The notes under the pieces are model-generated. The model ran no database searches and was not told the origin of the DNA. It was given only the letters and a program-made list of their open reading frames with translations. 64,000 bases of DNA from positions 92,194,001 through 92,258,000 of the forward strand of contig NC_043001.1 in assembly GCF_006345805.1 (NCBI RefSeq). The letters are read 5' to 3'. The translations under genes and the position numbers were made by a program. Each line of letters opens with the position of its first letter. Position 1 is the stretch's first letter. The DNA comes from Octopus sinensis. Its lineage: Eukaryota. Shown here in pieces: positions 12,004 to 24,800 of this stretch.

Positions 12004-12951
12004 CATTCATGATAATAATGATAACGTCCTTATTGGTATTTTTGATGTGTCTTTTCGAAATGGCCATAAAAAAATAATAATAACAATAGGCCGAAAGATT
12101 TACTTTGATGATATCACAAGCTATCATGCGATCGCTGAAAAATAACTTTTCCTACCATTATCACAGAGTCTGAAAATGTTTTTGTGGGGTTGGTTCGTCG
12201 ATTGCATCGACCCCAGTTTTCAATTGGTTCTTATTTTATCGATCCAGAAAGAATAGAACGCTATATCGCAGAAGTTCAGCTCAGAGGGTAAAGAGCATGA
12301 AATATCAAATGTATCAATAGATATGTGCATAGAAGTAGATATAAATATTGACCTACATGATATTGTGACTAGTGTTACCAAATACAGCATGGAGATTGAC
12401 ACATCGGTTATGACACTCTGGGAAATCTATGTCAAGATTGACAAAGGAATTTATGGAAGCGAGCCCCCACCTCTATACCTCCATACCCACACACACATAC
12501 ATAAGTATGTTTATAAACGCATATATGTAAAAGTGTGTGTGAGTGTGTGTGTATGTGTATGCGTACGTGTGTGAGTGTGTGTGTATGTGTATGCGTACGT
12601 GTGTGTGTGGTGTGTGTATGTGTTTCTGTTTTAATACAGAAAGACATTTGTTAAACAGTTCAGCCATTTTTGTGATTGAGTCATATATGGAAAGCCATCA
12701 AAATACCAGGATCTCGAGCTAGAACTGTCATTGGTTGGTTGATGAAAAATATAGCCAGGCACTCACACGCACACCCACGCCCCCCACGCTCATACACGCA
12801 CATGCACGTACGCATATGTTTTACACGCAACACACTACGTATTATATGCACACACAGCACCACACTCACACTCAGCACTCACACTTCACACTCAACAACC
12901 ACACATGCAAGCTCATACTCATTGCTTTCTTCCTTTCTTTTTTATTTGTAG

Positions 12952-13017
12952 GCATCTACAATCGTAAAGCAGATGATGATGATGAGACGTATCACGATCT
13001 GAAATCATATATATCTA
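12952..13017 (+). CDS. ETS transcription factor, 66-nt exon (G)IYNRKADDDDETYHDLKSYIS
   Basis: Long polypyrimidine tract ending TTGTAG, donor TCTA|GTAAGT, phase 1-1. Joins the last exon as [10 protein letters not shown]. Confidence 0.8.
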
Positions 13018-13195
13018 GTAAGTAAGCCTTTAGTTATGAAATCAAAGAATAACAGTTATCCAATTTTTGGTGTCGAAATCCAAACCATATCTGAAGTACT
13101 GCTTAATTTCTACTCACCCTCCTCCCTACACTCTCCCCTCTTCCCTCTCCCCCAGTCCCTCTCCCTCTCTCGCTCTTTCTGTAAGTAGATAACTA

Positions 13196-13564
13196 TTGGA
13201 TTGGTGCATAATTATTTCGGCTTTTTTTCATCAAATTTTATTCAACAAAAACAATAACATGTAGCAAAAACATCTGTAAATGATTATTCCGGAGCATATT
13301 CACGACCTACTTCAATTACTGCTTTCAATTTGCTTGGAAGACGGTCTGATCGTCATTTGAAGATGTTTTTGTTAACATGTAGCAAAAACATATTTAAATG
13401 ATTTATTCCGGAGCATATTCACGATCTACTTCAATTACTGCTTCAAATTTGCTTGGCAGACGGTCTGACCGTCATTTAAAGATGTTTTTGTTAAATATTT
13501 TTATTGTTTTTGTTGAATATAAGTTGTTGAAAAAAAACCCGCAATGATATATGCACCAACCCAA
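13196..13564. mobile_element. Mariner-type MITE with an internal approx. 120-bp tandem duplication
   Basis: TIRs TTGGATTGGTGCATAATTATT / AATGATATATGCACCAACCCAA, TA target-site duplication at 13194-13195 and 13565-13566. Confidence 0.85.
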
Positions 13565-13885
13565 TAATAGAAAAACATCTTAGTATATGTAGTAAGAGCC
13601 TTCTACTAGGATAAACAATTGTTTATTGAGCTTTCGTTGTTGGAAATCAATTTTTTTCTTTTCTTAATTGCTTCAGTGAGCTTTATAAGGGAACGTTAGT
13701 TTTAATTGTTTACAGATTTTCACTTTAGCAAAAATAACGTGTGAAATTTTATACAGGTGCTGGCATTGCTGTGTGGTTAGCAGGCTTGCTATTGCACCGG
13801 ACTGATCAAAAGCTCGCGAGTTGATTCGTCAACAGCGAATCACTTACACACATACACGGAAACATACACACACGCACGCGTGTGT

Positions 13886-13934
<49 letters not shown>

Positions 13935-14077
13935 CATGCACGCGCACATACAGATATATTTACATATCTATATAAATACACCACATCATATATACTATAT
14001 AATACATACACACACGTATATATATATATGCATCTATATATATATGTATGTATGTATATATTATATATATTATATAT

Positions 14078-14111
<34 letters not shown>

Positions 14112-14116
14112 ATGTA

Positions 14117-14151
<35 letters not shown>

Positions 14152-14199
14152 AGCATATTAAATCTCAGAATGCGATTGAAACAGTAATCGCTCGATAAT

Positions 14200-14282
14200 G
14201 TAAAGTATAGAAGCCATCTTATCATGGCTAACCCCCCCTCCCCAATGTGGTTAGCCATGATAAGATGGCTTCTATACTTTAC
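14200..14282. repeat. Perfect 34-bp inverted repeat with a 15-nt spacer
   Basis: GTAAAGTATAGAAGCCATCTTATCATGGCTAACC and its exact reverse complement. Confidence 0.95.
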
Positions 14283-14309
14283 GTTATATATATATATATA
14301 TATATAATA

Positions 14310-15765
14310 ATAAATATTAGGGAATATATCCAAATTTACAGGGAAAAAAAATCAGATTTAGGATTAAATCCAATTTTATAGTAAAATATTATAAAATATT
14401 ATTTGAGACAAAACCACTATTTTGCAAACAAACAAGGAAAGACTTAATCAATACATAAAAATTTAATAAATAGTCAAAAAAACCGCCACTACAATCGTTT
14501 CTTGTCTTGATCGACAATCTTCAGGTGGACTCCAATCTAAAAAATCAAAAATTTTAAAATATAAAAATAATACTTTTAAATAATTAAAGTATAAATGAAA
14601 AAATATAAGTATATAATCCATATATAACCTATATATAATCCATATCGAAAATATAGACTAATAACCACGAATTCCTAAAAAACCATGATAAAACAAAACA
14701 CTTAAAAATATATAACGATAAAATCTCCCTTTGCTAAACTCTATAACAAACCTATAAAGTAAACCCCCTAACCTAAACATTCACACACAAATACACACAC
14801 GTAAACCACAGACTCACGACTTATACACATACCTATACTAACTTATAAACCTCAATATACACCCAAAACCCCTCCCTCCCCACACAGACAAATTAACACA
14901 TACATCCCAAAACCTAAATAACAAACCCATATACACATTCACACACAAACACACACTCACACGCAAAACACTCACACACAAAAGATACATATACTCCCTC
15001 ACATATACGCCTATACATACTCACTAAACTCGACATATACAACAATACTTACACACCCACAAAAAACATTATATACATTTATGAGCTTTAACTCACCTTA
15101 GCATCTCTAACAAAACAACTTGCAGTAACCCAATCCCAATCTCTATGCCTACCTCACTACTACACTATTCCATTCACATTCCAAGCAACGCTAGTCCACC
15201 ACCCGGTTATTCACGTGGCAAAACGAACACCACTCAAAATTATGAATGAAACAATGTAAAAAAAACCAACACCTAAAATAGACAAAATACCACGAATTAC
15301 CTAAAAAAACCATGATAAACCAAAACTCATAAAAGCATATAACGATAAAATCTCCCTTTGCTAAACCCTATAACAAACTTATATAGCAATCCCCCTAACC
15401 TAAACATTCACACACAAAAAACCCACACGAAACCACAGACCCAAGACTTATACACAAACCTATACTAACTTATAAACCTCAATATACACCAAAAACCACT
15501 CCTCCCCACACAGACAAATTAACACATACATCCCAAATCCTAAATAACAAACCCAAATACACATTCACACACAAACACACACACACACAAACACACACAC
15601 ACAACAGATACATATGCTCCCTCACATATACGCATATACATACTCACTAAAACTCGATATATACAACAATATTTACACCCACACCTCATACAGATAAATA
15701 AATTATAAGTCTTTCCTTGTTTGTTTTGCAAAATAGTGGTTTTGTCTCAAATAATATTTTATATA
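14310..15765 (-). mobile_element. Non-coding PLE/retrozyme-like element with an intact hammerhead, two approx. 400-bp direct repeats and an inverted copy of its end
   Basis: Bounded by TA arrays. 14664-15061 resembles 15290-15682, and about 14385-14445 is the reverse complement of about 15705-15765. Strong strand bias (G-poor + strand), no ORF. Confidence 0.6.
14486..14528 (-). ncRNA. Minimal type-I hammerhead ribozyme, core intact
   Basis: Minus strand CCAC-CUGAAGA-UUGUC gaucaa GACAA-GAAAC-GAUU-GUA|GUGG. Full conserved core, 5-bp stem II, 4-bp stem I, self-complementary ACGAUUGU stem III. Confidence 0.8.
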
Positions 15766-15790
15766 TATTATATATATAATATATACATAT

Positions 15791-15834
<44 letters not shown>

Positions 15835-15855
15835 GATATATATATTATATATATA

Positions 15856-16033
15856 TTATATATAGAGGGCATTATACATACATGCAGGAGGCATTCTACA
15901 TACACGCCATACGCTAAGAGGGACAATCAGTCATTTCTACCATTTGGTAGAAATGACTGATTGTCCCTCTTAGCGTATGGCGTTGTATGTAGAATGCCTC
16001 CTGGCATGTATGTATAATGCCCTCTATATATAA
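15856..16033. repeat. 178-bp near-perfect palindrome
   Basis: Arms 15856-15942 and 15945-16033 differ only by two 1-nt insertions, around a 2-nt centre. Confidence 0.92.
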
Positions 16034-16159
16034 ATTAATATGTTCAATAAGAAATATTATTTCGAAATTTTTTCTCTTATGAGGTTTTTACGCTATCTAC
16101 CTGACAATTTCTTGTTAAGTTTTCCTTTTAAGTAGTTGTCCTTAATTGCTATATATATA

Positions 16160-16190
<31 letters not shown>

Positions 16191-16561
16191 CTTTATTTTA
16201 AGCAGCAGAAACAGAAAAATCAACAAAGATTCAACAATATATAATATATATATATTATATATAATATACATGTATGCATATATGTATATATGTTACAGAA
16301 CGTCATAGGATCGGGAAGAAGTGACTGGTTGCCATGTATCAGTCTGTATATATTGTTAAAATAACGGTGCGTTGAGTATTTCTATCGCTTTCGAAAGTAA
16401 AATATAGTTAAATCTATAAAGATTTCGTAGACCTAATTAATAGCAAAAATAAGTATATCTAATTAATGTTTGTATATTTGTTCTTTGTGTCGATATCTTT
16501 ATAGATGTTTTACCCCTTACATTCTCAAGTTGATTTTTAATTTATTCTCTTCATTTTGTAG

Positions 16562-17187
16562 CTAGCGGTCAGGTTCAGTTATGGCAGTTTTTACTTGAGT
16601 TGCTATTGGATGACACGAATACTTCTTGCATCAAATGGGACGGCGGTCGTGGAGAATTCCGTATGGTGGATCCAGAAGAAGTTGCTCGAAAATGGGGCAA
16701 AAGAAAGAACAAACCAAGTATGAACTACGATAAACTGAGCCGCGCTTTGCGTTATTATTACGAAAAGCAGATTTTATCAAAAGTTCAAGGCAAACGCTAC
16801 ACTTACAAATTCAACTTCAAAATGATACAGCAGGCGCAGAAATGCTCGTCTTCGACAGGAAGCGGAAGTGATTCCGGTTCCCCTTATCGGAGCCCAAGCA
16901 GCCCATACAGCATGGAAACGTATTCCTGTTATGACGGAGCTGTCCCAAATGTTGGCGGGTATTCGATCGTTCAGCACAACACATACGCCCAGCAGCCTGC
17001 CGTTGATATGTCCTACATAGATAACCATCTATCATCATATAGAAAACAGAATATGAATACAGTTTATCAAGCGAACATGGTGCCATTAGAAAACACATTC
17101 CCAGACACTTTAATGCCAATAACAGCATCGACAAGCGAAACCGTGTATGACACATACGGTTCACAAACACAATATACATATTTGTAA
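16562..17187 (+). CDS. ETS-domain terminal exon (ERG/FLI/FEV-like, divergent) with Ser/Tyr-rich C-terminus
   Basis: Translation [14 protein letters not shown]...[23 protein letters not shown]...[10 protein letters not shown] is a canonical ETS domain. Acceptor ttcattttgtAG at 16560-16561, stop TAA ending 17187. A phase-1 intron just before SGQ is as I recall for ERG/FLI. Exact orthology not resolved. Confidence 0.96.
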
Positions 17188-18240
17188 CATTTATTAATAG
17201 TTAATAATAAAATATATATTCCCCCCCCCCCAAAAAAAAAAGAAAACAATTAAATGGATATGATAATGGAAGTGATATGCAATTTATTTAATAAAATACA
17301 TTTATATAAATAACTTTCCAAAGGAAAGGATATATATTAAAGACATAAGCATATCTTTCTTTATCCAGAAGGATACCTGAATTAAATCAAGTCATTATAT
17401 GCTCTCGTGAAACGGACTAAATACAAGAATGTGTAAATATTAACTGAAAAATCTGTGAATCTAAACAATATCTCTTGCGTGCAAACAATCTATTGCAAAA
17501 TGTGTCAAAATATATTTTGTAAAAATTAGCAAAAGAAAATACATTTTTATCGTTTGTTAAGAATTATTTATAAATTATAACTCCAGCCATAAGTTTGAAC
17601 CTAAACTTGGTGATGTATTTCATTGTAGTTCGTCGACATGCAAAGATCTGAATTCATCTGCAGTTCAAATTAATATTTGTACCACGTAGACGGTTTGTGT
17701 ATGTTCATATTTTAGATCAATTCAAATATCTGTGTGCAATATTGTATAGAAATAGGCGCGAATAATTAGCATTTTAAAAATAAACAATGAAGTTAAATCC
17801 TCAGACACGTGATTTGTTAACATCGATAATTTATTTTCTAATTATACCCAAATCTACGCCTGGTGTAAAATGGATCGTATCAATCCTGTTAGCAATGAAT
17901 TCGTGGGCAAAACGTCTTCGTCCCGCGAAAATATAGCTTCGAAAATATGGAATTTAGCCAGTTTGATTTCAAATATATCCTGAATGAAAATTGTATCTAC
18001 AAGATTTCATCTGCACCTAACTGGGAATAATCACGTGACACATTTGACCGATTTGATATCATAAACTAGAAAATGAATTTTAAAAAAGTAGTGGTTTTAA
18101 GCTTCATTTCTACGTTGGAAATAACTACCATGTTCCTTTAGACGATTGATATTTGTGTTAAGTGATGGAATAAATAATACAAGATGTCAATAACTCAAGA
18201 GTAAGAATTCCCACAAATTAATATAAATATGCTAATAAAC
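17188..18240 (+). other. Probable 3' UTR of the ETS gene with several AATAAA signals
   Basis: Repeat-free AT-rich sequence after the stop, with AATAAA near 17207, 17290, 18170 and 18233. Confidence 0.45.
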
Positions 18241-18759
18241 CTCTCCTGCTATCAGTTCAGGAATATCAACTTTAAATTATATTAAGACACTTCCAAGACA
18301 GCACACACCACAGCCTACTAAAAACGAAATCTTTTCAATTTCCCACAACTTTTAAGCTTTGCGATTTCTAACGATCTCTTATATATATCGATCTCATCTA
18401 TAACGTTGCGAAATCAGCATCGTAAAGACTGAAACACTGTCCCACCATAAAATTGAAGTGTGACTTCAATTTCATTGGTGTGTATAACTTTTGCTCAATC
18501 AACAATTAAATAAATTCCTGATAAGACTCTTTTCTACAATCGAGCAAAAATCCCTTTCGATTAACTTTGTTTCATGCAGAGCATAGATGTTGAATGTAAA
18601 CATCAAACACATAAATCTCATTCATTAAAAAAGAAAAATTATAAAAACTACAAGCGATGTCTCTCCTTGTTTAATCACTTTTTTTAATGTGACTTTCAAT
18701 GCAACGGTGTATTTGTCTTTTTCGCTCTTTTGTACAATAGGATATGTTTGTGCATATGA

Positions 18760-19200
18760 GTGTCTATGTGTGTATGTATGTGTGTGCGTGTGTGTGCAAG
18801 ATAGAGAGATAGTGTGTATGTGAAAGAGAGAAAGAGAGAGAGAGAGGGAGGGAGGGAGAGTGTGTGTTTGTGTGTGTGCATGCGTATGCGTACACACACA
18901 TATATACATGTGTGTCAGAAAAAAAGTTTGTGTGAGAATGTGTGTGAAACAGAGTGTTTGAGTATGAGTGTGCGTGTGTGTATGTGTGTGTGTATGAGAG
19001 AGAGAGAGTGAAAGAGTGAATATGTGTTTGTGAGGGAGAGTGTACCTATGTGTGTGTACGTGAGAGAGTATGTGAGAGTATGTGTGTGTGAGCTTGTGTG
19101 CATTAGAGAGTGTGTGTGAGAGAGATATGTGTAAGTATGTGTGTGAGGGAGAGTGTATCTGTGCGAAAGAGAGAGAAAGTGTGTGTGTATGTCTGTGTAT

Positions 19201-19234
<34 letters not shown>

Positions 19235-19255
19235 GTGTATGTGTATGTATGCAAA
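18760..19255. repeat. Degenerate (GT)/(GA) low-complexity tract, representative of many TA, CA, TACA and TATC microsatellites in the window
   Basis: Direct reading. Confidence 0.9.
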
Positions 19256-19344
19256 ATACACAAACATGCATATGTTTATACAAAGAGCATTATGTTGGTT
19301 TTAGACGTAGATTTACAAATTTATATGCAACATCTATCTATCTA

Positions 19345-19909
19345 TTGGGTTGTCCGGAAAGTTCGTGCCGATTTTTAAAAGAAAGAAAAAGGTCAATAAA
19401 TACTTGCCATTACATTTTCAATCAACCAAATATGAACCATTTTGTTGCACAGTGCGTCTCCATCTTTCCTTTAACTTGAAAATACCCTCTTCCCAGAATT
19501 GAGGTGGTTTCATGGCAAAGAATTCATCAAGGTATCTCGCACGTCATCCAAGGAATTGAAGTTTTTACCATTAAGACTATTCTGCAGAGACTTGAATAAG
19601 TGGAAATTCGAAGGAGCAATATCTAGTGAATATGGAGGGTGGGGTAACACCTCCCAGCCGAGCTGCAGCAATTTTTGTCTGGTTCCCAAAGCATCAAGTG
19701 CCGAAAATGAACTTTCTTATCTTCCATTTTAAAGGGTTAGAGATTTAACACAGGTTATAGGAACATAAACCTTCTTCCATGAAAAGATAGCTTAAACTGT
19801 GCTCTAAATAGAGGTGTAGGCAAATCCTACTTTATGGACTCAACCATGTTCTAAAATAAATCGAAAGGTAAGCTACTATAAATCGACACGAACTTTCCGG
19901 ACAACCCAA
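19345..19909 (-). mobile_element. Internally deleted mariner transposon
   Basis: Approx. 30-bp TIRs TTGGGTTGTCCGGAAAGTTCGTG, TA TSDs. Minus-strand WEVLPHPPYSLDIAPSNFHLF transposase motif. Confidence 0.92.
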
Positions 19910-19939
19910 TATTTATTTGTTTGTCGGTCTGTCCATTTG

Positions 19940-20018
<79 letters not shown>

Positions 20019-20660
20019 GTCTGTCTATTAGTCTGTCTGTTTGTTTGCCTGCCTGTCTGCTTCAATTGCTAATTATCTATATGTCATGTTCACTAACACG
20101 TGTCAGTGTGTTTGTGTGCGTCTGTGCTTGTGTGTTTATGTACCTGTGTGCTTGTGTGCCTATGTGATTGCGTGCCTGTGTGTTTGTGTATCTGTGCGTT
20201 TGTGCCTGAGTGTTTACGTACGTTCTATTGCGCATGTGTTCGTATCTTAGTTGTATTATCGTTTGTATGTGTGTGTACATATTATAAATTATAACTAAAA
20301 TTGTATATGTGTTTAGGTATAACAGTTAGAAAGAAAATATTACTAGATTTGACACTTGCTGAGCATAGTGGATGAAAAACCGAAATGGTTTATAAACTCT
20401 TTGTCGAAAACTTCATATTACTTGGTGTCTAAAAGAAAATATACGTCAATTTCCAGTGTTCCAATGATTTTCCATTGTCATCGAATCTTTATGATAAATA
20501 GTATGAATAATTTTTGTTCATTTATTTATTTTAAACAATATTTGTTTTTACTTTGAAATATCATACATTTTAACATTTGAACTCGAAAGACAAAAACAAC
20601 TAGAAATGCGAGTGATGTTTGTCGTAAGAACAAAGCATGTAAATGGGATGATATGTGTGT

Positions 20661-21040
20661 GGAGTGGCTGTGTATTAAGTAGCTTGCTTACCAACCACAT
20701 GGTTCCGGGTTCAGTCCCACTGGGTAGCACCTTGGGCAAGTGTCTTCTACTATAGCCTCGGGCCGATCAAAGCCTTGTGAGGGGATTTGTTAGACGAAAA
20801 CTGAAAGAAACCCGTCGTATATGTATATGTATGTCTGTGTTTGTACCCTCCCAACATCGCTTGACAACCGATGCTGGTGTGTTAACGTCCCCGTAACTTA
20901 ACGGTTCGGCAAAAGAGACCGATAGAATAAGTACTAGGCTTACAAAGAATAAGTCATGGGGTCGATTTCCTCTACTAAAGGCGATGCTCCAGCATGGCCG
21001 CCGTCAAATGACTGAAACAAGTAAAAGAGTACAGAGTAAG
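20661..21040 (+). mobile_element. SINE family B
   Basis: Full-length match to 662-1078. Confidence 0.9.
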
Positions 21041-21134
21041 AGTATATTGATGATGATGATGACACTGACGACGATAATGACGATGATGATGATGACCACC
21101 GACAGCGATGATTACGCTGATAACAAAAATAAAT

Positions 21135-21365
21135 GCGCACTTTTAAAGCTTAGCCAGGCTCATGGGCCTGGTTTCCCGGTTTCTATGGCGTATGAGTACC
21201 CCAGCTGGACGGGGAATGTTACTCATTTTTGCCAGCTGAGTGGACTGGAACAACGTGAAATGAAGTGTTTTTGCTCAAGAATACAACGCATCGCCCTGTC
21301 CAGGAATCGAAACCACAATCTTACGATCATGATGCTGACACCCTAACCACTAATCCACGCGCCTC
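21135..21365 (-). mobile_element. tRNA-derived CORE-like SINE family D
   Basis: Reverse complement of 43971-44222. Confidence 0.88.
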
Positions 21366-22832
21366 CACAAAGTTGACATACCATGAAGGAAAAGGACAGG
21401 AATATTATCTGCATATGGAGATAAGAGGTGTGTGTCGTGGACATCAGTTTCAGGCTCAATAAACATCATCAGCACGCCGAATATCCAACCTAAGCCACGC
21501 ATCTCCACAATTACGCTGATACTTGCATTAAAAACGTGTCAGGTCAGCCATGATCGAGTAGACTTACCAAAGGCATTTCAACATTGACCGCTCAGAACCA
21601 TAATATTTAAAATATTCTTTATGAAGACAATAAAGAGTGAGTTGAGAGAGTTTCTAACGGATCGAGCGATTACGTTGCCGGTGGTGTTGAGGATAATAAT
21701 GATGATGGTGATGGTCATTGTCGTAGCCATCACCGTGGAGAAATTTCTGTTATTATATGATATGGTTTAGCCAAAACAACAACGGCAACAACAAAACCAC
21801 GAAAAATTGCAAAAAAAAAAAAAAGAGAGAAAGGCATTAAGACGTTTTTATAAAACTATTCATTTTAAATGATTTTAACTGTTTCTCTTTTGTTTGTTTT
21901 ATAAAATACAATGTAATATTAATACAATGCAATATCTTGGAGTTTTGAGGTTTCTGCTGATTCGTTCATATCATGCTAACAGTGAACATCACTACAAGGA
22001 ATGAAAACCGCAACATCTAGGCAAACAATATTGTCGTTTTTGTATGCCACCTTTTGAAGGAACGGGTTTCCCCCCAAAGCATTAAAATTTCCACTCCGAG
22101 TTATTGAAACGTGGAAGGCTAGGGCAACAGCACTTTCATTTTTGAAGGATAAAGAAGACGAATAACGAGTCATTCCATTCCACACAGCAAACGAAATCTC
22201 GACATTCTACAACACCACCCCAGATCATTATTGGCCATGTGGCATATGTAGCCCTACACGTTCTTGACGCGCCTTTTGATATCAACATTAACAAAAATTG
22301 ATGAAACAAATATATCGATGGAAATAGAAGTGTTTCAACAGGGATGTAATAAGTGCCCATAAATTCCACATTGTTCACAAAGCAAACACACAGTTATGAA
22401 CATACTGATTCACTTGTTAACACCGTATGAGTCGAGCAATCAGGAGTAAAGTATTTGGTGATAACGAAGAGTTTCGGTTGCAAAAGGAGGTGACAGGAAT
22501 ATAAATCACTGTTCTACAGAGAGTAAGCTTGGCGTCTTATCAACTGCAAAATATTCAAATTATCAATTTAAGTTTTATATTCATATATAATTCCTGCATT
22601 CGGCCCGCAATTTCTAGCGAAGACTAGAAGCGATCTCATAACACACAGCGTATCTTGGGCATTTTAAATATGGTGGAATTCATTTCTCGCCGAGTCTTTA
22701 GGTTTTCCCCCTGTTAATCCGTATATGAGTGTCGGGGAAATTGTAGACTGGCGGCGTCAGTTTCACGCCCAGAATTTGCTTAAGAGTAGGGCAAAGTTGG
22801 TGGATCTCTTCTGTGTGTGTGTGTGTGTGCAT

Positions 22833-22875
<43 letters not shown>

Positions 22876-23213
22876 GAAGATTGAAAACGCCACTATATAA
22901 GATACATTTTAATTTTCTTAGAAATTTTACACGTTTCGGTTCTTCTTGAAAAAAACCAACCTTAACAAAAATATTTTTAAAAGTTAAGTGTAATATAAAA
23001 GTTCATAATTGTTTCTTACTAGTCTCAACAGAATCCACGTGGTGGTTTTTTTGTGGGGGAGAGCATAATAGCTGACTCGTGTGTTGACTAAAGTTGGGAA
23101 AATGACCAGTGGCCGAAATAGCAGTACTAGCAGTGACTGTTGGTCGTAGTAGTAGTGACCATGGTGGTGATGGTTGGAGTTGCAGCAGTTCATTATATAT
23201 ATATATATATATA

Positions 23214-23350
23214 TTGACGAACGGGAACGTGAAATTCCGAGTAACAGGTTGGTTGAATTTCTGCTGCTTTTAAATAAAGCATATTACTCTACCCCTGGTA
23301 TTTGAGTACTCTTTTTCCACCTTGTTTCACATTTATGTGTTTACTCCGGT
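23214..23350 (+). mobile_element. PLE-type terminal fragment between TA arrays, beginning with a 5'-truncated hammerhead
   Basis: TTGACGA-ACG GGAA CGT-GAAA-TTCCGA-GTA at 23214-23243. The 5' strand of stem I is replaced by (TA)n. Confidence 0.45.
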
Positions 23351-23365
23351 ATATATATCTATCTA

Positions 23366-23457
<92 letters not shown>

Positions 23458-23476
23458 GGGAGAGAGAGAGAGAAAG

Positions 23477-23531
<55 letters not shown>

Positions 23532-23759
23532 CCATATATATTTTACATATATGTACGCATGTGCGTGCAGGCGTGTGTGTGTGTGCCTGTATGTTTATAC
23601 GCATTGTTGCGTATATGAATGTGTATATGTGTACACACACATATACACACGCACAAACACACACAGACACGCAGAAACACACACGCACACGCACAAACAC
23701 ACACACACACATGCACAAACACACACATATATACACACACATAAATATGTATATATATA

Positions 23760-24098
23760 GGCGCTGGCGGGCTGCGTGGTAAGTAGCTTGCTTACTAACC
23801 ACATAGTTCCCGGTTCAGTCCCTCTGCGTGGTACCTTGAGCAAGTGTCTTCTACTATAGATTAGGGCCGACCAAAGCCTTGTGAGTGGATTTGGTGTGTG
23901 TGTACGTGTGTGTATGTGTGTCTCTGCCCCCCCCCAATCATCGCTTGATAACCGATGTTAGTTTGTTAGGCAAAAGTGACCAATAAAATAAGTACTAGGC
24001 TTGCAAAAAATAAGTCCTGGGGTCGATTTGTTCGACTAAAGTAGGTGCTCCAGCATGGTTACAGTCAAATGACTGAAACAAACCAAAGAATAAAAGAA
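23760..24098 (+). mobile_element. SINE family B
   Basis: Full-length match to family B. Confidence 0.88.
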
Positions 24099-24151
24099 TA
24101 CATATATGTAAATATATAAGTATGTAATTATATAAATATATAAATATATAT

Positions 24152-24193
<42 letters not shown>

Positions 24194-24469
24194 GTGTGTG
24201 TAATTGTATATTTGTATGTATGTAATTGTATATTTTAAGTGTTTCATTCTTTCTGTTTATGTTATTGATTCAGTTTACAGTTATCAAAAGTCATTGTTGC
24301 CGAAGGTGTTTATAACTAGATTCAACTTCCGCTTTTACTTAACACTAGAAAAATTTGTTTGTGTGACAGGAATGGTGGAGAGAGAACCATCAGTGTACAT
24401 GTTCATATAATACAACCTATGCACATATTGTTACTGTTTATTGAGGAGACAGAATGTCGACATCATAAA

Positions 24470-24800
24470 ACAATTAGTTCATTCCAGAAGTTTTCAGACT
24501 TTTTGGGTGGGAGAGACGTTTATTTATTTCAAAGAAGTACAAAACCGTTATCACCTCCAAAACTGGATCCTCTGACTTCAATATAATTGTTGCAGCACTC
24601 CAGTCGGAGAAGGTCCCATGGAAGTCTTCCAAAATGAAGGTGGCCAGGATCCTTGTCTGAGCCGCTTTCATCTTTTCAATGTCCTCAAAACGACTGTCCC
24701 TGAGGTCCTCCTTCAGCTTCGGAAACAACCAACTGGCACAGGGAGCAAGATCAGGAATGTTGAGGGGGTGAGGCCCAGTTTTGCTGCCCATCTCTGCCTA
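24470..24800 (-). mobile_element. Mariner transposase C-terminal fragment
   Basis: HPLNIPDLAPCASWLFPKLK..RFEDI matches HPPYSPDLAPCDFWLFPKLK. Confidence 0.8.

Noticed and set aside
12257-12480. Approx. 75-codon non-repetitive open frame within an ETS intron
   Set aside because: No convincing splice sites or homology, and it starts within a SINE remnant.
21976-22400. ORFs in a repeat-free, more GC-balanced stretch
   Set aside because: No recognisable domain or splice structure. It could be regulatory or an old repeat.
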